Part shown: positions 58,053 through 64,000 of the stretch, piece after piece
How positions within the stretch are numbered: position 1 is the stretch's first letter
How the letters are laid out: each line of letters begins with the position of its first letter
Assembly (NCBI GenBank): GCA_964106915.2
Contig: OZ066915.1
Strand: one strand, 5' to 3'
Length of the DNA stretch: 64,000 bases
From: Podarcis gaigeae
Lineage: Eukaryota
Notes under the pieces: model-generated
Database searches by the model: none
What the model saw: only the letters and a program-made list of their open reading frames with translations
What the model was told of the DNA's origin: nothing
Position numbers and translations under genes: made by a program

Positions 58053-58731
58053 CCCCACCCATCTGACTGGGTTGCCCCAGCCACTCTGGGCAGCTTCCAA
58101 CAGATATTATTAGGCATTCTGTAGCAGCACCCATTGCTATTCCCATTTTGTGAGATATGAGCTGCATTCTACCTGTTTAGTGCAAACCGTGAGGCTGGGC
58201 TTGCTATTTTGTCTTTTGCTGTGGTGAGCAATGAAGCAAGCCCACATTTAGTTCATTCAGGGGTTGTGTTGTGTATCTAGAGAATTAAAGTTTTTTTTGC
58301 AATTGCACAACATATTTAATTGGTATAATTAAAATTTGATTTTGGGATTTGTCTGCTTCACCATTTATCCATTTCCTCCCAAACGTAAGGCCAAGGGATG
58401 TACTGTATCCCACCTGCCTTCTCTGTGTGTATATGCCCATGTTGATGCTTGGAACCCTTCTACTGAATCTTGTGAGCTGGTACCTCAGCGCAGCAACTCA
58501 TAACACCTGTTAAGTGTTAAGTTGCATGGAAGTACCTTTGGAAGCTCACACGTCTTCTGGAGGCACCTTCTGTGCTCCAAAAGTGAGACTATATTTTGTT
58601 CCCTTCTCTTCTACCAGAAACATCCCTTCATCCTAATGTATGAGGAGCGAACAGTGGACGTTGCGTGCTATGTTTGTAAAATCCTGGATCAAATGCCAAC
58701 GACTCCGAGCTCTCCAATGTATGTCGATTGA
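14098..58731 (+). CDS. MAP2K4: MAP2K4 / MKK4 dual-specificity MAPK kinase 4 (whole gene, 11 exons, 1161 nt, 386 aa; 397 aa with the cassette exon)
   Basis: Exons 14098-14176, 32112-32211, 45771-45945, 49248-49367, 50669-50788, 51615-51666, 52343-52470, 54017-54094, 55648-55796, 57878-57923, 58618-58731. Motifs: D-site [30 protein letters not shown], activation loop SIAKT, C-terminus PSSPMYVD. Confidence 0.97.
15915..16010 (+). mobile_element. CR1/SINE-type 3' tail fragment
   Basis: ctggagagctgctgccagtc...gacaatac...tggcctgactcagtacaaggca, a common squamate retroposon tail. Confidence 0.5.
16274..16311. repeat. (GT)n microsatellite
   Basis: About 19 perfect GT units. Confidence 0.95.
17950..18086. 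mobile_element. hAT MITE
   Basis: TIR CAGGGCTTTTTTTC / GAAAAATAGCACTG. Perfect 8-bp TSD ATTAGAAG (17942-17949, 18087-18094). Confidence 0.88.
18920..19730 (+). mobile_element. Degraded CR1 LINE 3' fragment
   Basis: Translates to [23 protein letters not shown] and [11 protein letters not shown] (CR1 RT C-terminus). Ends in cttatgttctta. Confidence 0.85.
21344..21506. mobile_element. Tc1/mariner (Tc2-like) MITE
   Basis: TIR CCGTATTTTTCTGTGTATAAGA / TCTTATACACAGAAAAATACGG with TA target duplication. Confidence 0.9.
23365..23397 (+). CDS. MAP2K4: MAP2K4 33-nt alternative cassette exon (isoform 2 / delta type)
   Basis: TTTAG|(G)[10 protein letters not shown](S)|GTAAGC, phase 1-1. Matches the 11-aa insert recalled from mammalian MKK4 isoform 2. 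Confidence 0.9.
24235..24355 (-). mobile_element. Degraded tRNA-derived squamate SINE
   Basis: ctggctctcccaagatctc...ggagatgcc...catgcaaagc pattern, recognised from memory only. Confidence 0.4.
25418..25673. mobile_element. hAT-Charlie-type non-autonomous element
   Basis: TIR CAGGGGTAGGCAACC / GGTTGCTGACCCCTG, subterminal GGCCC repeats, TSD AACTAGGG / CACTAGGG. Confidence 0.88.
26498..27018. mobile_element. Tc2-like non-autonomous DNA transposon with CpG-rich core
   Basis: TIR CCGTATTTTTCG / CGAAAAATACGG, TA TSD, internal CCATAGGACGCAC repeats. Confidence 0.9.
28443..28631. mobile_element. hAT-Charlie-type MITE
   Basis: TIR CAGTGCTACTCAAA / TTTGAGAAACACTG, TSD GACCAGGG / GACTAGGG. Confidence 0.85.
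30517..30605. repeat. ~90-bp imperfect palindromic interspersed repeat (representative copy)
   Basis: caatcctatacatg..actcagaagtaa.cccattgagtt...ttactcccaggtaagt...ggattg. Related copies at about 6160-6247, 12193-12268, 14850-14927, 34023-34110 and 38510-38603. Confidence 0.75.
30735..30792 (+). mobile_element. CR1 extreme 3' end
   Basis: ggttgaactagatgatcctc...ttctataattctatgatt (ATTCTRTG-type tail). Confidence 0.65.
32112..32211 (+). CDS. MAP2K4: MAP2K4 exon 2 (docking D-site)
   Basis: CTCAG|[32 protein letters not shown](I)|GTGAGT. Confidence 0.95.
33150..33950 (-). mobile_element. Highly degraded L1 ORF2 relic
   Basis: T-rich on the + strand. The minus strand gives weak LFxAIP/DFI and 'L..P.LKL.Y'-like remnants. 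Boundaries approximate. Confidence 0.35.
36448..36624. mobile_element. ~175-bp MITE-like repeat, copy A
   Basis: Homologous to 39569-39743 (gaatctacacac...ctagtgtcaca...ttgcactt...cagctgtatag...agtcc), with inverted-like termini. Confidence 0.65.
36800..38356 (+). mobile_element. Possible degraded DIRS-like retrotransposon relic
   Basis: Inverted pair ATTTCTTACCTG (~38138-38149) and CAGGTAAGAAAT (~38337-38348), reminiscent of DIRS termini. No readable ORF. Confidence 0.3.
38745..38773 (+). promoter_or_regulatory. Candidate internal TATA box and initiator
   Basis: TATATAAAAG at 38745-38754 and TCAGTT at 38768-38773, about 100 nt before the candidate ATG. TATA-Inr spacing is slightly shorter than canonical. 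Confidence 0.4.
38872..38951 (+). CDS. Candidate alternative first coding exon of MAP2K4
   Basis: acaATGG Kozak; [26 protein letters not shown](Q). Phase-2 donor CA|GTAAGC is in frame with exon 3. TATA and Inr lie upstream. No transcript evidence. Confidence 0.55.
39569..39743. mobile_element. ~175-bp MITE-like repeat, copy B
   Basis: Diverged direct-orientation copy of 36448-36624. Confidence 0.65.
40670..40707. repeat. (AT)n microsatellite
   Basis: About 19 AT units. Confidence 0.95.
42480..42770 (-). mobile_element. Degraded L2 reverse-transcriptase fragment
   Basis: Minus strand KPLHKIIQ / FGV.CHQ / DNTQL resembles the L2 motif 'KPLGEII..FG..CHQYADDTQLY'. Confidence 0.55.
45771..45945 (+). 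CDS. MAP2K4: MAP2K4 exon 3
   Basis: GGCAG|[58 protein letters not shown]|GTAGGT. Confidence 0.97.
48895..49020 (+). mobile_element. MIR-like/Squam3-like SINE, 5' part
   Basis: A-box-like GGTGTGGTGGTTAG, B-box-like GGTTTGAATCC, core cagcctaacc. Confidence 0.6.
49248..49367 (+). CDS. MAP2K4: MAP2K4 exon 4
   Basis: TTCAG|[40 protein letters not shown]|GTGGGC. Confidence 0.97.
49640..49755 (-). mobile_element. MIR-like/Squam3-like SINE, 3' part
   Basis: cccattttatcacaacaaccctg...gtaggttaaactgaga...tggcccaag. Confidence 0.55.
49870..50389. mobile_element. Tc2-like non-autonomous DNA transposon (second subfamily)
   Basis: TIR CCGTATATACTCATGTATAAGCTGAC / GTCAGCTTTTACTTGAGTATATACGG, TA TSD, internal GGCTTATACTCGA repeats, GC-rich core. 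Confidence 0.9.
50669..50788 (+). CDS. MAP2K4: MAP2K4 exon 5
   Basis: CTTAG|[40 protein letters not shown]|GTAAGT. Confidence 0.97.
51015..51223. mobile_element. hAT-Charlie-type non-autonomous element
   Basis: TIR CAGGGGTCTGCAACC / GGTTGCTGACCCCTG, AAAAGAGCCAC repeats, perfect TSD TTCTAGGT (51007-51014, 51224-51231). Confidence 0.9.
51615..51666 (+). CDS. MAP2K4: MAP2K4 exon 6
   Basis: CCTAG|[17 protein letters not shown](D)|GTAGGC. Confidence 0.96.
52343..52470 (+). CDS. MAP2K4: MAP2K4 exon 7
   Basis: TGCAG|[42 protein letters not shown]|GTAAGT. Confidence 0.97.
54017..54094 (+). CDS. MAP2K4: MAP2K4 exon 8
   Basis: TTCAG|[26 protein letters not shown]|GTAAGT. Confidence 0.97.
54700..54932. 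mobile_element. Tigger-like DNA transposon fragment
   Basis: CpG-rich, with an internal hairpin and a right end ...AACCCGAGGTATGACT resembling Tigger TIRs. Left end not identified. Confidence 0.5.
55648..55796 (+). CDS. MAP2K4: MAP2K4 exon 9
   Basis: TGTAG|[49 protein letters not shown](C)|GTGAGT. Confidence 0.97.
56662..56697 (-). promoter_or_regulatory. Candidate CTCF site with upstream motif
   Basis: Minus strand reads CTGCAG-N12-CCAACAGGTGGCAGCA. Confidence 0.5.
56727..56960 (-). mobile_element. (GATA)n microsatellite forming the tail of a short LINE 3' end (Rex/Babar-like)
   Basis: About 12 GATA units next to TTTATTGTCATTGTC, i.e. GACAATGACAATAAA(TATC)n on the minus strand. Confidence 0.6.
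57878..57923 (+). CDS. MAP2K4: MAP2K4 exon 10
   Basis: TTTAG|[15 protein letters not shown]|GTGAGT. Confidence 0.96.
58013..58103 (-). mobile_element. L2-type 3' end with (TAA)n tail
   Basis: (ATT)~12 followed by taccccacccatctgactgggttgccccagccactctgggcagcttccaaca. Confidence 0.7.
58618..58731 (+). CDS. MAP2K4: MAP2K4 exon 11 (last coding exon)
   Basis: ACCAG|[37 protein letters not shown]. Confidence 0.97.
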   Translation, partial: KHPFILMYEERTVDVACYVCKILDQMPTTPSSPMYVD

Positions 58732-61200
58732 TACTGCTGCTACATCAAAACTCTAGTGCAAATGCTGAGAAAAAGCAAGATGTACAGAATCTCCACCCCG
58801 TATTGCAGTGTTTTAACGCTCGCCCAGACACCATGTGCAATAATGTTGGTGTTTTTCTTCCATTCTGTCTGTATATTATTGTCACTTATAAAGTGCATCC
58901 ATGTAATAATACCTGATCACAGTGTTAGTGTCAGTCAAAGAGAGACCTCATTTTGCTCTTTTTGTGGACATATTCATAAAACGTGGAAATAAGTAACATT
59001 TTATTTGTTGACCATGATTGGATAGCACCTAAAGTTAATTTCTAGACTCAGAGACTTCTCAGCAGCTACTGGAATGATTTTATTCTCTCAAACTCTTCCA
59101 ATTGTTACAGATAATATAAAAGAAAGGAAGTTAGGCATTGGCCTATCTGATTTTGAACATAAACTGCTTGGGGAGAAAGAAACTTATGCAGCCAAATGAG
59201 CTACTTTTACCTTCTGAAGCCAACAAAGGCAAAGAGGGGATAATATATAAATATATATATAAATATATTTCTTCACAAAGTGCAATAGATTAATTGATTT
59301 GAAATTCTGTTGCTTTTCAGTCACAGTATATGTTTTGAAGACAATTGTGGCTCAGCAGAACTTCATATTTCGGAGGGAGAAAGAAGTGATCATGTAAAAT
59401 GGACTATGTCTTTACCAAAAAATAAAAATAAAAATGCATTGCATAGCATTGAAAGGAGCTAACAATTAAACTCATGAGAGTATGAGTTTGAACTCATGGA
59501 GAATAATGTATTGTTTCATTTTCCAAGCAAGCCACTCTTCAGTAGAACTAGGTGTCCTGTAAATTGTTACCTGGTGAGATAAGACTTTTACCTGAGGAAT
59601 TATTAAACTACTCAGTTGAATTTAACTGGCTTGTGACCCCTGATTTCCAACTCATGACTAAACTTTCTCCATTGAAAGGGTACGGGACAGTTCGCAGTTG
59701 TGAAGAGCTATTTTACATTGTTAATAATTATTTGTAATTTATCTCCATCAAACTTTTCATGTTTTCCAGTTGCATAGAAACTTCCCACAGAGCTCCAGGT
59801 ATGACTTGGATTTCTGATATTAACCATCAGATCAAATAAGCTCCCCATATCCCCATCAGTTGGATAGTTGGGCTTCCAAAATCATTACAAAGAGGATGCT
59901 AAATATGTTTGCTTTCATTTTGTGGATGAATTTGTTTATTAGAAGAATTTCCTAACACAACGGTAACTAAGAGAACTGGAATGTTAAGTTAATAAACGCA
60001 TGTGACAGAAAAAAGGAAACCCAGAGGTGGGGTGGGGGAGCCCTTTAAACAATTATATTGTCATCTCAACTGCATCCAGTATGATCTTATCTTCTAAGTC
60101 ACAAGGGGGAGGAAGTGGTGTTTTTTAAAATCCAAAGTTATTTGTAATCTCAGTAACTGTCACTATTTAACATGTAATACTAGAATTGTAAGGGAATTAA
60201 GCTTTACCAATGAGTGGGTCAGCGATAACAAGACCCTGTTACTATAACCAGTTAATTTAATTTTCTCTAGTATACCAGCTGATTAATAGGATTTGGGGGC
60301 AAAAACTTGGTCAACACCATAAGAGATAATGTATTGAAATGGGAACCAGTTGGGACCAGGGCCATTCCAAGACATTTTGCTGCCTGAGGCAAATGACAAG
60401 TGCAGAAGCTGACCAAACTGCCAGGTAAGCACCCACCACCTGAGCGGCTGTTTCACTTGCCCAATGGTAGGCAAAGTCCCTGGTTGGGACTGTTTTAATG
60501 TAGTAATTATTCATTGTAATCCACTCAGGTGGAAGATTTTCAACCTCACCCAGATGTTCCCAAACTCTATATGCATATCTCCTGGCTTTTCCTCTTTGTG
60601 CCTGCTGGAAATTGAATAGTAATTAGAGCCCCCTTCATTTTGCATTCTATTCTCACGTACATTAGCAGTGCATTTCCATTCGGCTAACCGCAAATGAGCG
60701 TAGCTCCTATTCAGGCTCAGTGGATGTCTGAGAGAAACTGACTGTTCTAGCATATTAATCATAGATTGATATATTAAGGGTGCAGCATTTATATTACAGT
60801 ATATGTTTATAAAGATGTATAGTGTTCAGAAGCTGTGAAAATAGTGTAAGAACTGTACATTGTGAGCTCTGGTTTAATTTTTTTCTTGTACCATAGAAAA
60901 AAATGTAAAGTTTATTGAGAAGCTGATGTGCAGGGGATATTGCCTTATTGTCTGTAAGTAAAATGGAGTTTGACAACACGATAGCTTCTAAGAGCTTCCA
61001 ACTATTTTATCCTCTCCTGGTTTGACATCCTCTTCTATTTAAAATACTCTACATGGAATCAAAGTGTTAATGTAATAGGTTCTCCCCCACCCCCTGCCTG
61101 CAGGTCAGTTGTAATAAATCAAGGATCCGAATATGATCTTGCTATAAGGTCAGACATGATGATGGGGAAATCAATAAATGCAAAATGAAATTTAAAAATG
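58732..61200 (+). other. MAP2K4: MAP2K4 3' UTR (end uncertain)
   Basis: AT-rich and repeat-poor, with miRNA seed sites. AATAAA at 59421, 59991, 61113, 61173 and 61935. Confidence 0.65.
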
Positions 61201-62369
61201 CCATCTTTCTCTGGCCAAGTTTTCCTATTTATTGATGTTTGCAAGAAGGACCAAAAGGGATGGTGGGACTTTGAGGGGGTGCCCCTGAAATACAAGAGGC
61301 TCAACTGATCCTGACCATTGTTTGACCTTTAAAATTTTTTTTTACTCCCCTGAACAAATTACTTTGTTTGCTGTCTATGCATTTTACACAGTGGTACCCC
61401 CATGCTGACTGCAAACGTTTTAATCTAGCAGAGCTTCCATCAGTAGAATGGGGAGGGGTGTGCTTTTTGTTATTCCCCCACAGTCTCCTATGCCATCTCA
61501 CGCACTGTTCTGAAGGGTTCCCCCAACCCTATGGAGTATGTTTTGGGGGACTTCAGGTTGGAAGGAGGAATTGCCAAAATTTGCCTCTCATCCCATTCTG
61601 CTGCTGGAAGCCTTTGCTGGATCAAAGAGCTTTCTATCAGCGTATGGGGGAAATCATTGGATAATATTTTTCATCTTTAGCTACTACTGTATTTGAGGTC
61701 TGACATTACCACATGAATGACCCAGTTACTTGGGTCATGCATGGCGTATAACACTTGTGCATCCTAGATTTGAATTTGCCTTTTGGGCAACAGCATCACG
61801 TTGCTGATTTATGTTATATTTGTCATTTAACACAAAATATATTTCTCATCAGTAGCCCTGCCCAACAAGGTAGCTGCCACTTGGGACTTTTGTTTCTTGT
61901 TCCATCTGTTTTGTATTTTTATGTTACTGGTTTCAATAAATTCATTGAAATCATTTTGAACTAAATTCTCATACGTTCTCCAGACCATTACCAGCCTCTT
62001 CCATTTCTATCATTTGGGGTGGGTGGGGGGAGGCATTTTTTTTTAAAAAAGATTTTATTCTGTAGACCAGGGGGGGAAATTGCATTTTTCACTTCTCCTT
62101 TAGCAGTTAAATGACAAGAAGCTGTGATATGACATGTCTTTGAAGTTCACTGAACAAATTATTGACTTTCTGCCTAACTTTCTGCACATAGTGGCTTGTA
62201 AAGGTGAAATGAGAGATAAACTAGTCCAGGCTGGCCAGGCTTTATGGATAGAGCACTGAAGAAATCATGGACTATCTACTATTGTTAAAGCTTGCACATG
62301 ACAAAATAACTGCAAAACAAGCACTCAGTGTGACATCACAGGGAGTCTTTTAATTAAGTACGGCAGTGC

Positions 62370-64000
62370 TGATCACAGAGGTAAGGCATTGTGTTTATTT
62401 ACAGTGTGGTTTTTTAATATATATATATATATAGTTGACAGCATCCCTTTAAATAAGGATAAAAAGCCCTGTACCGCATGGCAGTGTAGCACCTAAAACT
62501 AGTCTGTATTCAAGTGCTATTAAAAAGCCTCAATGGAATGACTTCTAACTTTTTGCATATTAAAATTAAGTAAAAGAAAACAAGCATGTGAAGGATTGTT
62601 CTATCCTACCAGTGCACTGTGTGAACATTTGTACAATAGAAAATTCATGCTTTAAATAGTGACCTTATAAAAAAAAAAACATTTTTTTATACAACATGCA
62701 GCAATATTAAAACCAGTTGTTCGTTCTTCCCCTACTTGACCTCAGAAGTTTAGTCACCCTAGTGAGGCTGGAGTTCTACACATATTGAGGTCTGCAGAGA
62801 CAGCTCTCCTGGTCCAGGCTGTTCTTCAGCCAAGAAGACACACGAGGGCACGTGGTCCTTTTTGTACTGTCTTGATTTCCAACAACTCCTTCCAGTAACA
62901 CAATATTAAATACACTCATTTGGTAAATAATTTTGTAATTAGCTTTGGTTTGCAATACTTCTACACAGTTTCAGGAAATGGCCAGATCCGTCCAAAGCAG
63001 CCACAAACTGTTTCTTACACATGCCCTTCCATACTGTGCGACCTTTCTGAATTGCAGTGCACAGAGGTTTACAGAAGAAATAAAAACACTGATGAATTGG
63101 CCAGTACTGCAAAGTACCCAGCTAGCCAAGAAGAACAAGCTCCTCCTCTTTGGATGTGGATTCATAGCTGTTCTCTGGAAGACCTTGCATGGGATTTTCA
63201 CTCTGCTCCCTGCACTACAGGTGAGGTTGGGCAGGAAATCCAGAAAAAAGCAATGGCTAAGGTACGAAGATATTGTGGACTTGAGCATTCTGTGCAGTTA
63301 GTTCTGTGTCACAATACTGTAAATGGGAGCTTCTTTTCACAAGCCTTAGGCAATTAAAAGGTTGAATATGATGTCAATGAGGCTGCTGCTTGTGGAAGTG
63401 TAGATCACAGACAGGTGTGTTGAAGGTGCAGCACCATGTGAAGGAGGCAGTAGAGGTTTATTTTTTAAGGCGATTCTTCTCACTGGTATTGTGTGCATTG
63501 CAAGGTATCTGTTTTGTTCAGTTGACTGCTATTGTCTTGCTGTTCTGAGGCGCCATTCTGCTGTAGTAGAATGTGCTTTGTGATGCTGCACGCTTCCATG
63601 CTAGGTGTTTTTGGCTGAATGCTTCACGCTTTCTGTGGGACATCAGCATGATGTCATCGAATTATTATCCTGTTTTTCCTTCTGTCTCTTCATACCATTT
63701 TTAAAAGAGAACAACAGTATGATCCCCATAGCTGTAGATCACCATAGTACTATTCTATCCTTTTTGTGTGGATTTTATGTACACTCTGGGCAGGTGAACC
63801 TGTTGCTAGTCATATACTTCAGCACACCATCCCTATTAGTTTTTCCATTTGCACAATTTTGTAAGTATGGCTTTTCAAAGCATCTTTTTATTTGTGCTAG
63901 AACACTTTTGCCTATTTATTAGAATTGAAATAATCACACAATTGTACTTACATGAAAAACAATTTAACTCAAATTTTAAGAATTGAAATTGCTTTTAAAA
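62370..64000 (-). other. Probable 3' UTR of an unidentified convergent gene
   Basis: Minus-strand TGTAAATAAA (Pumilio element overlapping a polyA signal, 62394-62403), adjacent miR-34 and miR-29 seed matches, and no recognisable repeats. Confidence 0.45.

Overview
Vertebrate genomic DNA, most likely a lacertid lizard (Podarcis-type Sauria SINEs; squamate L1, L2, CR1, hAT and Tc2-like elements). Three spliced genes were rebuilt by hand from GT-AG junctions. (1) The last two coding exons of ADPRM (+, ends 2237). (2) Complete TMEM220 (-, 6 exons, 10326..3374, 187 aa, with an N-terminal poly-Pro extension). (3) Complete MAP2K4/MKK4 (+, 11 exons, 14098..58731, 386 aa), plus the known 33-nt cassette exon and a long 3' UTR. 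TMEM220 and MAP2K4 are head-to-head, 3.8 kb apart. The last ~1.6 kb looks like the 3' UTR of an unidentified convergent gene. Top leads: (a) a candidate internal TATA/Inr promoter and alternative first coding exon in MAP2K4 intron 2, which splices in frame to exon 3 and would replace the JNK/p38 docking site with a different D-site-like motif; (b) a natural Ala in ADPRM at the position of human Cys253, the substitution engineered to boost cyclic-ADP-ribose hydrolysis; (c) a recursive-splice-type AG|GTAAGC start to MAP2K4 exon 2; (d) two SINEs inserted one after the other at the same site inside a hAT element. Comparisons to human proteins and repeat families are from memory, not from database searches. 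Most ORFs in the supplied track are spurious.
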